A stretch of 64,000 nucleotides of DNA from Eledone cirrhosa (taxonomy: Eukaryota): positions 233,616,001 to 233,680,000 of the forward strand of contig OZ024742.1 of NCBI GenBank assembly GCA_964016885.1. The letters run 5' to 3'. Below the pieces are notes generated by a model that did not search any database, was not told where the DNA came from, and saw nothing but the letters and a program-made list of their open reading frames with translations. The stretch's first letter is position 1, and each line of letters opens with the position of its first letter. The translations under genes were made by a program, and so were the position numbers. Positions 39,121-57,096 of this stretch are shown here, one piece after another.

Positions 39121-40421
39121 AAATTACCGACTGTCTTTTATTTACAGCATCCACTTAAATCTCTTGGCGAATGATATTTTAGTATGACACAGAGTTTTGA
39201 TCTAAAGTCAAATTGCCAAGTTTCTCACCTTTTAAACGTAACTCTATTGACGACTTGGAAATTAATTTTGTTTCCTAATATTGCCAGAAATTAGGTTTAG
39301 ATAATATTCAGAAAGTGTTACAATTTGAGATTAAATAATCATTTAACAACAGGTTTAATATACAACATATGCATTGAATTTGAAAAATGGAATGCTGGTT
39401 TAAGGCTTAAATGATAATATTAGTAACATTATTACATTATTACAAATCAGAGTCCCACCCTAAAGTCACATTCTTTCTAAACATGAACCCCAAACTATTA
39501 ATTTTAACTAAATTCTCCTTTCATCCTTCAAATATCGAAATATTTTTCATATCCGTGAAACTATTATTCTTCAGCTAAGTCTATCATTAGTCATATATAT
39601 TCAGCTATACTCTACTATATCAGTAAATCAGATCAACCATTTCTTTCTCTCTGATATGTATTTCTCCATAAGTCTTTGTCTTGAGTCTCTGAACTCCAAG
39701 AGTTGCCAAATCTATCTATTTCATTCCACCATTGTTATCCTCTGATTTTCTTGCAATCTCTTGGAATTTAGTCTAGTGTCGCTTACGCTCACCTTTAGTA
39801 CTCATACTCTGGACGTGTTTAGCTCAATTCCATTTCGACGATACTATAAATTTAACAATGGCATATTTTTTCTCGGATCTATCTCGTTATTTTATAGCTT
39901 TTCCAGAATGTTCCAAGCACAATGCGTTAGTGAGAATGTATTGCTGTTTATATCATCTTGTTCGTTAGTTCTTTTTCAGGTTTCATGTTTCTGCTCCATA
40001 TTTAAAGGCGATGCGTTGATTGCGAAAACAAGTACATTTTTCTTTTAAAATGGAACGTGTCCCCCTGAAAGCTTTCCTGTACAACATAATTCACCGTTTG
40101 ATTTATTTTGCTTTACTTGGTTGTATTGTTATAAGTTGGCAAAGGTAGGTGTAGCTGTTTAATCAAGAAATATTTCTTCATCTTTAATATCGGGATCTTC
40201 ATGTATAGGATATTTTCATACTCATTCTTAGTCCTACAGCCATGCTTTATGTATTTATCTGTTCTCACATAGATTAAAATTTGGTCGGATCTCCTGACAC
40301 AAATATTATGTGCTCTGCCAACTAAAATTCACCGTTGATTTTTATTGCCATTTTATCTTTATTCCAATTCAATTTTCGAAACACTTCTAGCACTTCTAAG
40401 GAAGTTGTAAATGGTTTGGGA

Positions 40422-40504
<83 letters not shown>

Positions 40505-42235
40505 CTTTTGGATTTGAAATTGGTTCGAATCTTTGTGTATTCTGACAGATGTAACCATGATTGTAGATGTGTTTTAAGACATCGACATATGTTGGTTCTG
40601 CAACTAAGTTTGTTAATTCTGTCATCACTACCGTTATTTCTAAAGAGTCGAACGTTTTTTGTTAGTCCACAAAAACTATCCAAGGCTGGATATCACATTC
40701 TGTAGATTTTTCTATATTTTCTATTATAATTTATAGTATGACGTTCTAATAATTCTACAAAAGATATATAATATTTTTTACTTGTTAAAATGTGACCTAA
40801 TTCTAAATCTTGAAAAAAAATGTTTCTTTAGATTTATGACCAGCATCTAATAGAATATTATTAATGCATCTCAAAGTTCATTTAAGCTATAAAACTATCG
40901 TATTTTATTATGAGCTGATTACAGTTTTTGTTTTCTCCCAATAAAAGACCTCTCAGTGGAAAATACATTGCACTACAAAAATCTACAGTATTTTTATTCG
41001 AATTTTGTGAAAGACATACATTTCAACATCAAACGTTGATCTAATTGGATGCAATATTAGATTTAATGAAGCTGTTTTCGTTGCTTTGGATAGCAACAAA
41101 TGGCGAAAGTGGATTACCCAATGTTTACTGTACATCTCCTATATAGTGAACAACACATTATAGAAAGAGAAAAGGATATTGAAGATGATGATAAGAAAAA
41201 TGTGTAAATTTTACAATATATTTTGTTCATTTACAGCAATAACAGCAATATATAACAACAATATATTTTACAGTTAGTTTATTTCGGCTAAACACAGAGA
41301 TCTTTTATTGTTTGGAGAAAGGAAATGGGGAATTCTGATATCCTTAAGATTCCCAGGACTTTCACTGTCATCATATTCTATGATGGTCACTATGAATCCT
41401 TTAAAATGTTGGCGAAATAATAAATAATATTTGCTTCTCATATTGGCCAAATTGCAGAAAAATATTTAAAGATATATCAAATGTTTCAAATGTTACCGAA
41501 TCCTTCTAAGCATAGAAATATTTTGGCAGACCATCTAAACATAGGCAATCACCCAATTTAGCTTGTAAGCAGTAGATGGAGTATAAACTATGAGAAGTTT
41601 TCTTAACAATCAACTGGCAGTTTCGTTGTTGTGTGGCTTAAAGCGATGGGAACTTCGCCAAGAACGTCTCCGAATATCGTCCAATCATTAAAACACTGTC
41701 ATTCATCTGATCTCTATCTACAGAGAATCATTTCTTCAAATGCCCAGTTGAAAAAGTAGAACATAAAATGATTTAATACAGTATTGGATAGGCTAACAAT
41801 AATGTATATATCGTTTAGTAAATCATATATTTAAACTACGTTGAAAACAGTGAGAAAATGGCACAGCATTTATCATTATTAATCAATAGCGCGTCGCATT
41901 AAATGATACAACAAACCCTTAGTTTAAGTCATTGTACATATATAGAGAATGTTGCGAAATTCCTACTCTCTAAGAATTGTAATAACAAACTACTTGGAAC
42001 AATATATCCAACACGAATTCTTAGACAACTGCAAAAGAATCAGTTGGTAATGAAAGTGTCAAGCTATAAATAGTGTCGATTAAATCGATTACATGCTAGA
42101 GAATTCGAGAGCACTGTAAACATCATGACATGTAGAAATACTTGAAATAAATCGTTATACATTCTGGTCTGAATAAATAACTACAGACTCTTTTACAAAC
42201 TTCTGGCATTTCTTATGTAGATTCCTTTATGTTGA

Positions 42236-42344
<109 letters not shown>

Positions 42345-44966
42345 CAAAGTTAACTCGAACATCGAGTTTGAGACGCGAGCGTATTAGAATTCATAGGAAA
42401 ATGGAGAAAACTCAGCGCAAGAAAGCTGGAAAGCTGTTAAAAGGATAGAAATCAGCGGAAGAAATGATAGGCAGAAAGGGTGAAGGAATAAAATGGACGA
42501 GGGGAGATCACACACATTTAAATACATTCATCAGCTTTTAAACCGCCTGCAGTTTCAACGATTTAACTAAAAGTACCGCGTAAGATAGACGATTCGTAAC
42601 AACAGAGAAATAGATATCTCTGATGGTATAATGTTGCTTGATTATTAGCAGTTAAATCTATCGCAGATTACGCCCTACTGTTTTAGAAAATATATATAAT
42701 CTCATACACTATATCTGGAAATAAATGGGGTTGTCACGGCTGAAACGTTTTTTTATTGTTTTTCATTGTTTTATTCTTCTCAATCACTACTCATGGGGAA
42801 CTATATAACAAAAACAACAATAACTGGCCTTACGTCCAAGCAGAGAACGAATAATATGTAATCTACTTTAAAACATGAACTATTCACAAATGCAACAGAA
42901 CGTATGATAGCGTGGTACAGTAGTAAGAATTTCTCAAACTATAAACATATCGTGGTTCAGAATTTTATGGAAGCGTTCAACATTCTGTTTTAATAAGAGT
43001 CTGGTATCTACAAAAGGTATTTAGTAGTTGTCAATGCGGCCAACTACATGTACCGACTGATATGTTGTAAATGTTAGTTCAATGACCCGCTGCTCTACAT
43101 CATCATCACCTCCCTTCACACAGTACTCTCTATTTTCTCACCATTACAGATTGTCGATGGCTGCTGTCTTTTCCTGACAGCATTCATACCGAGTTAAGCA
43201 CACCATTAAACGGAAAATTTCAATTTCTTGTTGGGGACGTCAGTGCCATAACATTTTCTGCCTTAAGTTTTCTTGGCCTGAATTAAACAGCGATTTGATT
43301 TCCGTAAGATTGCAGAGGGTATGATTGACAGCATATGTCAAAGAAAAGAGGCTGCTTTATGAAGGATGAGAGAAATTTGTAAGATGGAAAGAAGAAACAA
43401 AAGAAAGTTAAATAAAGTAGAAATCAAACAAGGAAGGGAAAAGAGAAAGAAGCAAACAAATATATACGGAGATAAAAAGAGAAAAGCAAATAACTAAAAA
43501 AATTAACTAAAGAAAGAAGAAAGCAGAGAAAGAGTCAAAGAAGCGAAAAAAAGAAAGAAATTTATAAATGGGTGAAGGTCAAATAAGGACATTGAATGAA
43601 TTGTTTGAGAAAAGAACGAATGAGCGATATAGTAATAATGAACGTCTGGGATAGGTGTAAGGGAGCAATGACAGTTAATAAAGTGTAAACGTGTGAGGGA
43701 ATGAACAGAAATAAGGAAAATAAAAAGAAAAGAAAGAACACGTTTTTCAGGGGTGATCCATCATTTTTGCTTTATTTCGCTTGTTTTACGTTCGGATAAC
43801 TTTAATGCCGTTTTAGTTGTCTCTATGGAAACACGTCTGTTTGAAGTTTCCACCAAGTTTAATGTTAGAACGATTTCTTTTTGATGACTGCGTTGTTTTA
43901 TGGCTGCGTGAAAGTCACCAACTGTCTTCAGTACAGTGGTTCATTGGTTTTAATTCTTTATTAGAACCATGCAAAATTAAAGGAATTATTAAAACTTTGT
44001 GGGACACTTTGCAATAAAATAAGGGTAATTATTTTTGATAAAACGAAAACCACTTTTTAATCTAAATCCCTCAGTACTTATTTGACATTTGTCTGTATGT
44101 ATCGAATTCTGAAGATGAAAGAAAACGGTTCAATATTAGTTGTACTACTATTTCTTTCCGTGTGTTATTTCGATTTTCATTTTTGTGTGGAAATATATTT
44201 ACTTCAATTATGCTACTAAGCCATGGATATTTTGTAGACCTATTTTATTTCTTTAAAGATTGGTGTCCTAGGAAAGAAATAATTTATGTTCTTTCTCTCT
44301 GTGGCGGGAAATGCTTACATAAGGCCGCAAAATAATGCAGAAACAATAGTTGAATGAATTGCATCAATACTTCGTTGATATGTATTTTATCGACATCGAT
44401 AAAATAAAAATAAAACGAAGCCAAATCCGATGATATTTGAACTCAGAATGACGTAACTAAATTCTAAGCTGAAGCGTGCTACTCTTTTTTCTACGCAAGG
44501 AAGTTTTCTTCTTCTTTTTTTTTATAATAAGTTATATATGTTGTATGAACTGCTGAGCACTAGACGGCACCGATAAGTTCTCGAGTAATTGAAATTCGCA
44601 GCTGAGTTTCAATTCCCCGTCAAAAAAAAATTCACTTTACTTTTCCCAGGTGTCATTTAGTATGGAATAAACACTACCATTTTCTATCTTCTTAGTTCCT
44701 TTTGCTCCCCTTGGAGGTCCCCATTCCGAACGGTTACAAACCTTGTCACTAGTCTGCTCGTCGTTTCTGTAATAATTTTGATTGGAGGAGGTAAAGTTGC
44801 CAGCCCCACCCTATATTCCGCTTCCCTTCTAACCACAAGCAGAAAACTAACCTAGCTTTTCTAAGTCAGTGGGTGGTTCATAAGCCTGCATAGGGGCCCA
44901 TTTCAGATACTGTCGGACTCAAATAACTTCACTCTATTTTCACTATTGAAATAACGTTTCATTAGC

Positions 44967-47900
44967 ATTTATATTACTCTCTATATACACTATTTACATT
45001 ACTCTCTATATACACTATTTACATTACTCTCTATATATACTATTTACATTACTCTCTATATATACTATTTACATTACTCTCTATATATACTATTTATATT
45101 ACTCTCTATATACACTATTTATATTACTCTCTATATACACTATTTACATTACTCTCTATATACACTATTTACATTACTCTCTATATATACTATTTACATT
45201 ACTCTCTATATATACTATTTACATTACTCTCTATATATACTATTTATATTACTCTCTATATACACTATTTATATTACTCTCTATATATACTATTTACATT
45301 ACTCTCTATATACACTATTTACATTACTCTCTATATATACTATTTACATTACTCTCTATATACACTATTTACATTACTCTCTATATATACTATTTACATT
45401 ACTCTCTAGATACACTATTTACATTACTCTCTATATACACTATTTATATTACTCTCTATATATACTATTTACATTACTCTCTATATACACTATTTACATT
45501 ACTCTCTATATATACTATTTACATTACTCTCTATATATACTATTTACATTACTCTCTATATATACTATTTATATTACTCTCTATATATACTATTTACATT
45601 ACTCACTATATACACTATTTACATTACTCTCTATATACACTATTTACATTACTCTCTATATACACTATTTACATTACTCTCTATATACACTATTTACATT
45701 ACTCTCTATATACACTATTTACATTACTCTCTATATACACTATTTACATTACTCTCTATATACACTATTTACATTACTCTCTATATACACTATTTACATT
45801 ACTCTCTATATATACTATTTACATTACTCTCTATATACACTATTTACATTACTCTCTATATACACTATTTACATTACTCTCTATATAACTATTTACATTA
45901 CTCTCTATATACACTATTTACATTACTCTCTATATACACTATTTACATTACTCTCTATATATACTATTGACATTACTCTCTATATACACTATTTACATTA
46001 CTCTCTATATACACTATTTACATTACTCTCTATATACACTATTTACATTACTCTCTATATACACTATTTACATTACTCTCTATATACACTATTTACATTA
46101 CTCTCTATATATACTATTTACATTACTCTCTAGATATACTATTTACATTACTCTCTATATATACTATTTACATTACTCTCTATATACACTATTTATATTA
46201 CTCTCTATATATACTATTTACATTACTCTCTATATACACTATTTACATTACTCTCTATATATACTATTTACATTACTCTCTATATATACTATTTACATTA
46301 CTCTCTATATATACTATTTATATTACTCTCTATATATACTATTTACATTACTCTCTATATATACTATTTACATTACTCTCTATATATACTATATATACTA
46401 TTTACATTACTCTCTATATATACTATTTACATTACTCTCTATATACACTATTTACATTACTCTCTATATACACTATTTACATTACTCTCTATATACACTA
46501 TTTACATTACTCTCTATATACACTATTTACATTACTCTCTATATACACTATTTACATTACTCTCTATATATACTATTTACATTACTCTCTAGATATACTA
46601 TTTACATTACTCTCTAGATATACTATTTACATTACTCTCTAGATATACTATTTACATTACTCTCTATATACACTATTTACATTACTCTCTATATACACTA
46701 TTTACATTACTCTCTATATACACTATTTACATTACTCTCTATATACACTATTTACATTACTCTCTAGATATACTATTTACATTACTCTCTATATACACTA
46801 TTTACATTACTCTCTATATATACTATTTACATTACTCTCTATATATACTATTTACATTACTCTCTATATACACTATTTACATTACTCTCTATATATTCTA
46901 TTTACATTACTCTCTATATACACTATTTACATTACTCTCTATATATACTATTTACATTACTCTCGATATACACTATTTACATTACTCTCTAGATACACTA
47001 TTTACATTACTCTCTATATATACTATTTACATTACTCACTATATACACTATTTACATTACTCTCTATATACACTATTTACATTACTCTCTATATACACTA
47101 TTTACATTACTCTCTATATACACTATTTACATTACTCTCTATATACACTATTTACATTACTCTCTATATACACTATTTACATTACTCTCTATATACACTA
47201 TTTACATTACTCTCTATATACACTATTTACATTACTCTCTATATATACTATTTACATTACTCTCTAGATACACTATTTACATTACTCTCTATATATACTA
47301 TTTACATTACTCTCTATATACACTATTTACATTACTCTCTATATACACTATTTACATTACTCTCTATATACACTATTTACATTACTCTCTATATACACTA
47401 TTTACATTACTCTCTATATACACTATTTACATTACTCTCTATATATACTATTTACATTACTCTCTAGATATACTATTTACATTACTCTCTAGATATACTA
47501 TTTACATTACTCTCTAGATATACTATTTACATTACTCTCTATATACACTATTTACATTACTCTCTATATACACTATTTACATTACTCTCTATATACACTA
47601 TTTACATTACTCTCTATATACACTATTTACATTACTCTCTAGATATACTATTTACATTACTCTCTATATACACTATTTACATTACTCTCTATATATACTA
47701 TTTACATTACTCTCTATATATACTATTTACATTACTCTCTATATACACTATTTACATTACTCTCTAGATATACTATTTACATTACTCTCTATATATACTA
47801 TTTACATTGCTCTCTATATACACTATTTACATTACTCTCTATATACACTATTTACATTACTCTCTATATACACTATTTACATTACTCTCTATATACACTA

Positions 47901-50900
47901 TTTACATTACTCTCTATATATACTATTTACATTACTCTCTATATATACTATTGACATTACTCTCTATATACACTATTTACATTACTCTCTATATATACTA
48001 TTTACATTACTCTCTAGATATACTATTTACATTACTCTCTATATACACTATTTACATTACTCTCTATATATACTATTTACATTACTCTCTATATATACTA
48101 TTTACATTACTCTCTATATATACTATTTACATTACTCTCTATATACACTATTTACATTACTCTCTATATACACTATTTACATTACTCTCTAGATATACTA
48201 TTTACATTACTCTCTATATACACTATTTACATTACTCTCTAGATATACTATTTACATTACTCTCTATATACACTATTTACATTACTCTCTATATATACTA
48301 TTTACATTACTCTCTATATACACTATTTACATTACTCTCTATATACACTATTTACATTACTCTCTAGATATACTATTTACATTACTCTCTATATATACTA
48401 TTTACATTACTCTCTATATATACTATTTACATTACTCTCTATATACACTATTTACATTACTCCTTAGATATACTATTTACATTACTCTCTATATACACTA
48501 TTTACATTACTCTCTATATATACTATTTACATTACTCTCTATATATACTATTTACATTACTCTATATATATACTATTTACATTACTCTCTATATACACTA
48601 TTTACATTACTCTCTATATATACTATTTACATTACTCTCTATATACACTATTTACATTACTCTCTAGATATACTATTTACATTACTCTCTATATACACTA
48701 TTTACATTACTCTCTATATATACTATTTACATTACTCTCTATATACACTATTTACATTACTATCTATATATACTATTTACATTACTCTCTATATACACTA
48801 TTTACATTACTCTCTAGATATACTATTTATATTACTCTCTATATATACTATTTACATTACTCTCTATATATACTATTTACATTACTCTCTATATACACTA
48901 TTTACATTACTCTCTATATATACTATTTACATTACTCTCTATATACACTATTTACATTACTCTCTATATACACTATTTACATTACTCTCTAGATATACTA
49001 TTTACATTACTCTCTAGATATACTATTTACATTACTCTCTATATATACTATTTACATTACTCTCTATATACACTATTTACATTACTCTCTATATACACTA
49101 TTTACATTACTCCTTAGATATACTATTTACATTACTCTCTATATACACTATTTACATTACTCTCTATATATACTATTTACATTACTCTCTATATATACTA
49201 TTTACATTACTCTATATATATACTATTTACATTACTCTCTATATACACTATTTACATTACTCTCTATATATACTATTTACATTACTCTCTATATACACTA
49301 TTTACATTACTCTCTAGATATACTATTTACATTACTCTCTATATACACTATTTACATTACTCTCTATATATACTATTTACATTACTCTCTATATACACTA
49401 TTTACATTACTATCTATATATACTATTTACATTACTCTCTATATACACTATTTACATTACTCTCTAGATATACTATTTATATTACTCTCTATATATACTA
49501 TTTACATTACTCTCTATATATACTATTTACATTACTCTCTATATACACTATTTACATTACTCTCTATATATACTATTTACATTACTCTCTATATACACTA
49601 TTTACATTACTCTCTATATACACTATTTACATTACTCTCTAGATATACTATTTACATTACTCTCTAGATATACTATTTACATTACTCTCTATATATACTA
49701 TTTACATTACTCTCTATATATACTATTGACATTACTCTCTATATACACTATTTACATTACTCTCTATATATACTATTTACATTACTCTCTAGATATACTA
49801 TTTACATTACTCTCTATATACACTATTTACATTACTCTCTAGATATACTATTTATATTACTCTCTATATATACTATTTACATTACTCTCTATATATACTA
49901 TTTACATTACTCTCTATATACACTATTTACATTACTCTCTATATATACTATTTACATTACTCTCTGTATACACTATTTACATTACTCTCTATATACACTA
50001 TTTACATTACTCTCTATATATACTATTTACATTACTCTCTAGATATACTATTTACATTACTCTCTAGATATACTATTTACATTACTCTCTAGATATACTA
50101 TTTACATTACTCTCTATATACACTATTTACATTACTCTCTATATACACTATTTACATTACTCTCTATATACACTATTTACATTACTCTCTATATACACTA
50201 TTTACATTACTCTCTAGATATACTATTTACATTACTCTCTATATACACTATTTACATTACTCTCTATATATACTATTTACATTACTCTCTATATATACTA
50301 TTTACATTACTCTCTATATACACTATTTACATTACTCTCTAGATATACTATTTACATTACTCTCTATATATACTATTTACATTACTCTCTATATACACTA
50401 TTTACATTACTCTCTATATACACTATTTACATTACTCTCTATATACACTATTTACATTACTCTCTATATACACTATTTACATTACTCTCTATATATACTA
50501 TTTACATTACTCTCTATATATACTATTGACATTACTCTCTATATACACTATTTACATTACTCTCTATATATACTATTTACATTACTCTCTAGATATACTA
50601 TTTACATTACTCTCTATATACACTATTTACATTACTCTCTATATATACTATTTACATTACTCTCTATATATACTATTTACATTACTCTCTATATATACTA
50701 TTTACATTACTCTCTATATACACTATTTACATTACTCTCTATATACACTATTTACATTACTCTCTAGATATACTATTTACATTACTCTCTATATACACTA
50801 TTTACATTACTCTCTAGATATACTATTTACATTACTCTCTATATACACTATTTACATTACTCTCTATATATACTATTTACATTACTCTCTATATACACTA

Positions 50901-53900
50901 TTTACATTACTCTCTATATACACTATTTACATTACTCTCTAGATATACTATTTACATTACTCTCTATATATACTATTTACATTACTCTCTATATATACTA
51001 TTTACATTACTCTCTATATACACTATTTACATTACTCCTTAGATATACTATTTACATTACTCTCTATATACACTATTTACATTACTCTCTATATATACTA
51101 TTTACATTACTCTCTATATATACTATTTACATTACTCTATATATATACTATTTACATTACTCTCTATATACACTATTTACATTACTCTCTATATATACTA
51201 TTTACATTACTCTCTATATACACTATTTACATTACTCTCTAGATATACTATTTACATTACTCTCTATATACACTATTTACATTACTCTCTATATATACTA
51301 TTTACATTACTCTCTATATACACTATTTACATTACTATCTATATATACTATTTACATTACTCTCTATATGCACTATTTACATTACTCTCTAGATATACTA
51401 TTTATATTACTCTCTATATATACTATTTACATTACTCTCTATATATACTATTTACATTACTCTCTATATACACTATTTACATTACTCTCTATATATACTA
51501 TTTACATTACTCTCTATATACACTATTTACATTACTCTCTATATACACTATTTACATTACTCTCTATATACACTATTTACATTACTCTCTAGATATACTA
51601 TTTACATTACTCTCTATATACACTATTTACATTGCTTTCTATATACACTATTTACATTACTCTCTATATACACTATTTACATTACTCTCTATATACACTA
51701 TTTACATTACTCTCTATATACACTATTTACATTACTCTCTATATATACTATTTACATTACTCTCTATATACACTATTTACATTACTCTCTATATATACTA
51801 TTTACATTACTCTCTATATACACTATTTACATTACTCTCTATATACACTATTTACATTACTCTCTAGATATACTATTTACATTACTCTCTATATACACTA
51901 TTTACATTACTCTCTATATACACTATTTACATTACTCTCTATATATACTATTTACATTACTCTCTATATACACTATTTACATTACTCTCTATATACACTA
52001 TTTACATTACTCTCTATATACACTATTTACATTACTCTCTATATACACTATTTACATTACTCTCTATATATACTATTTACATTACTCTCTATATATACTA
52101 TTTACATTACTCTCTATATATACTATTTACATTACTCTCTATATATACTATTTATATTACTCTCTAGATATACTATTTACATTACTCTCTAGATATACTA
52201 TTTACATTACTCTCTATATACACTATTTACATTACTCTCTATATATACGATTTACATTACTCTCTATATACACTATTTACATTACTCTCTAGATATACTA
52301 TTTACATTACTCTCTATATACACTATTTACATTACTCTCTATATATACTATTTACATTACTCTCTATATATACTATTTACATTACTCTCTATATATACTA
52401 TTTACATTACTCTCTATATACACTAGTTACATTACTCTCTATATACACTATTTACATTACTCTCTATATACACTATTTACATTACTCTCTATATACACTA
52501 TTTACATTACTCTCTATATATACTATTTACATTACTCTCTATATATACTATTGACATTACTCTCTATATACACTATTTACATTACTCTCTATATATACTA
52601 TTTACATTACTCTCTAGATATACTATTTACATTACTCTCTATATACACTATTTACATTACTCTCTATATATACTATTTACATTACTCTCTATATATACTA
52701 TTTACATTACTCTCTATATATACTATTTACATTACTCTCTATATACACTATTTACATTACTCTCTATATACACTATTTACATTACTCTCTAGATATACTA
52801 TTTACATTACTCTCTATATACACTATTTACATTACTCTCTATATATACTATTTACATTACTCTCTATATATACTATTTACATTACTCTCTATATATACTA
52901 TTTACATTATTCTCTATATACACTATTTACATTACTCTCTATATATACTATTTACATTACTCTCTATATACATTATTTACATTACTCTCTATATACTATT
53001 TACATTACTCTCTAGATATACTATTTACATTACTCTCTATATACACTATTTACATTACTCTCTATATACACTATTTACATTACTCTCTATATAAACTATT
53101 TACATTACTCTCTATATATACTATTTACATTACTCTCTATATATACTATTTACATTACTCTCTATATACACTATTTACATTACTCTCTAGATATACTATT
53201 TACATTACTCTCTATATACACTATTTTCATTACTCTCTATATACACTATTTACATTACTCTCTATATATACTATTTACATTACTCTCTATATACACTATT
53301 TACATTACTCTCTATATACACTATTTACATTACTCTCTATATACACTATTTACATTACTCTCTATATACACTATTTACATTACACTCTATATATACTGTT
53401 TACATTACTCTCTATATATACTATTTACATTACTCTCTATATACACTATTTACATTACTCTCTATATACACTATTTACATTACTCTCTATATATACTATT
53501 TACATTACTCTCTATATACACTATTTACATTACTCTCTATATACACTATTTACATTACTCTCTATATATACTATTTACATTACTCTCTATATACACTATT
53601 TACATTACTCTCTATATATACTATTTACATTACTCTCTATATACACTATTTACATTACTCTCTATATACACTATTTACATTACTCTCTATATATACTATT
53701 TACATTACTCTCTATATACACTATTTACATTACTCTCTATATACACTATTTACATTACTCTCTATATATACTATTTACATTACTCTCTATATATACTATT
53801 TACATTACTCTCTATATACACTATTTACATTACTCTCTATATACACTATTTACATTACTCTCTATATATACTATTTCCATTACTCTCTATATACACTATT

Positions 53901-55375
53901 TACATTACTCTCTATATACACTATTTACATTACTCTCTATATACACTATTTACATTACTCTCTATATATACTATTTACATTACTCTCTATATATACTATT
54001 TACATTCCTCTCTATATATACTATTTACATTACTCTCTATATACACTATTTACATTACTCTCTAGATATACTATTTACTTCACTCTCTAGATACACTATT
54101 TACATTACTCTCTATATACACTATTTACATTACTCTCTAGATATACTATCTACATTACTCTCTATATACACTATTTACATTACGCTCTATATACACTATT
54201 TACATTACTCTCTAGATATACTATTTACATTACTCTCTATATACACTATTTACATTACTCTCTATATATACTATTGACATTACTCTCTATATATACTATT
54301 TACATTACTCTCTATATATACTATTTACATTACTCTCTATATATACTATTTACATTACTCTCTATATACACTATTTACATTACTCTCTATATACACTATT
54401 TACATTACTCTCTATATATACTATTTATATTACGCTCTATATACACTATTTACATTACTCTCTAGATATACTATTTACATTACTCTCTATATACACTATT
54501 TACATTACTCTCTATATATACTATTGACATTACTCTCTATATATACTATTTACATTACTCTCTATATATACTATTTACATTACTCTCTATATATACTATT
54601 TACATTACTCTCTATATATACTATTTACATTACGCTCTATATACACTATTTACATTACTCTCTATATACACTATTTACATTACTCTCTATATACACTATT
54701 TACATTACTCTCGATATATACTATTTATATTACGCTCTATATACACTATTTACATTACTCTCTATATATACTATTTACATTACTCTCTATATACACTATT
54801 TACATTACTCTCTATATATACTATTTACATTACTCTCTATATACACTATTTACATTACTCTCTATATACACTATTTACATTACTCTCTATATATACTATT
54901 TACATTACTCTCTATATATACTATTTACATTACTCTCTATATATACTATTTACATTACTCTCTAGATATACTATTTACATTACTCTCTAGATATACTATT
55001 TACATTACTCTCTATATACACTATTTACATTACTCTCTAGATATACTATTTACATTACTCTCTATATACACTATTTACATTACTCTCTATATACACTATT
55101 TACATTACTCTCTATATATACTATTTACATTACTCTCTATATATACTATTTACATTACTCTCTATATACACTATTTACATTACTCTCTAGATATACTATT
55201 TACATTACTCTCTATATACACTATTTACATTACTCTCTAGATATACTATTTACATTACTCTCTATATACACTATTTACATTACTCTCTATATACACTATT
55301 TACATTACTCTCTAGATATACTATTTACATTACTCTCTATATACACTATTTACATTACTCTCTAGATATACTACT
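44967..55375 (+). repeat. 25-bp satellite, about 415 copies (YACTATTTACATTACTCTCTATATA)
   Basis: Directly visible 25-bp period over about 10.4 kb with recurrent diagnostic variants. Confidence 0.99.
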
Positions 55376-55690
55376 ATATTTTCACGGTAAAGACTTTATC
55401 TCACATAATTATCTCACATAATATTGAATCTATGAAATGTTGATATTATTTTTTTTTTGAGAAGAACATCTTAACATCAATATGAGTGACTGGTTGCAGC
55501 CAGTTTGAACAGAAAGAAGTGAGAGAATTCTGGCCGGATATGGCCGGTTTAAATACTTACGGGTTAAATCATTTCACTTTAATTTCAAAAAGTCGGGGAA
55601 TAATGGTACGTTCAGTTTTGAAATAATATTTCTTTATATCTACATCCCCTACATAAAACTGTAAAGGTTTATATCTAAACCTGGATTAGG

Positions 55691-55765
<75 letters not shown>

Positions 55766-55779
55766 CGTGTGTGCGCGTG

Positions 55780-55811
<32 letters not shown>

Positions 55812-55826
<15 letters not shown>

Positions 55827-56443
55827 ACGTACATACATATATGTATACAGACGTACAGTAGTATGTATATATATATACATACATGCACACATATATATAT
55901 GCACGTATCGGTTTACCGAACATTTATTATAATGCTCGGTTTGTTTGTAAACAAACAAACAGCCCGAATTACGCCGTACAGTGTTTAGGCAACCACGTCA
56001 CCTTTTTGTTCAACGCTGACACAGGAACGATGTACTACTTTCAAGCTTATTAGCTATCGTCAGAATCGTATACCTTCCTGCCAGATAGTTGAACGTCTGA
56101 AAGTATATACTTTCCTTATGCATATTAACGGCTGAGCAGCCTAATTTGCATATTGAGTGTGTTTAGTCGGCAGGAAGGTATACGATGCTGACGATAGCTA
56201 ATAAGCTAGAAACTAGTACATCGTTCCTGTGTCAGTGTTGAACAAAAAGGTGACGTGGTTTCCTAAACACTGTACGGCGTAATTCGGGCTGTTTGTTTGT
56301 TTACAAACAAACAAACCGAGCATTATAATAAATGTTCGGTAAACCGATACGTGCATATATGTATGTGTGCATGTATGTATATATATATACATACTACTGT
56401 ACGTCTGTATACATATATGTATGTACGTATACATACATACATA
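55812..56443. repeat. Palindromic hammerhead element, same family as 23448-23861; tail continues to about 56504
   Basis: Arms about 55812-56082 and 56169-56443. Confidence 0.9.
56182..56224 (+). ncRNA. Minimal type I hammerhead ribozyme motif
   Basis: acgatg CTGACGA tagc taataa gcta GAAA ctag TA / catcgt. Stem I 6 bp, stem II 4 bp, palindromic ctag stem III, GUA triplet. Confidence 0.8.
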
Positions 56444-56504
56444 CGTACATTTAAGTAACTGCCGTACTAAGAGTGAGAAATGAAATTTCGTTTCATTTTA
56501 TTCC

Positions 56505-56535
<31 letters not shown>

Positions 56536-56789
56536 CTCAGCCGAATGGCTGGAACAGGTAAAAGGGTAAAAGAATATATATATATATATACATGTATGTG
56601 TGTGCGTGTGCATATCGTATATAGGTATGTAGTTTTCAAATTTATTAGAATAACAATTAATTAGTGATAGACGAGAAACAAAAAAAATCACATATACGCA
56701 CCAAAACTTGAAGAGGCAGCATGACATAAAGACACATATACATGTCCAAATACACATGCCAAACAGAAACTCGTAGAAGTATCAGTACA

Positions 56790-56882
<93 letters not shown>

Positions 56883-57096
56883 CCGCACAAGCATGCGCAA
56901 ACCAGCTACATTTCTCAAAAAGTCAAGATGGCGTAGATAAAATAAGATCAGAACAAAGAGGAGTCACAGAGGAACAAGAAAAGAAGTGTCATTGAGAAGG
57001 TCACTGTATGTGTAACGAAAGAGCCTTGACAATTAACAATTTACCAACCAACTAGATACTAACCTAGCCGATGAATAGATTACTTACTTAACTAAT

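Noticed and set aside
45967-55240. Long ORFs (up to 238 aa) of TLLSIYTIYITLY repeats
   Set aside because: Stop-free frames of the 25-bp satellite.
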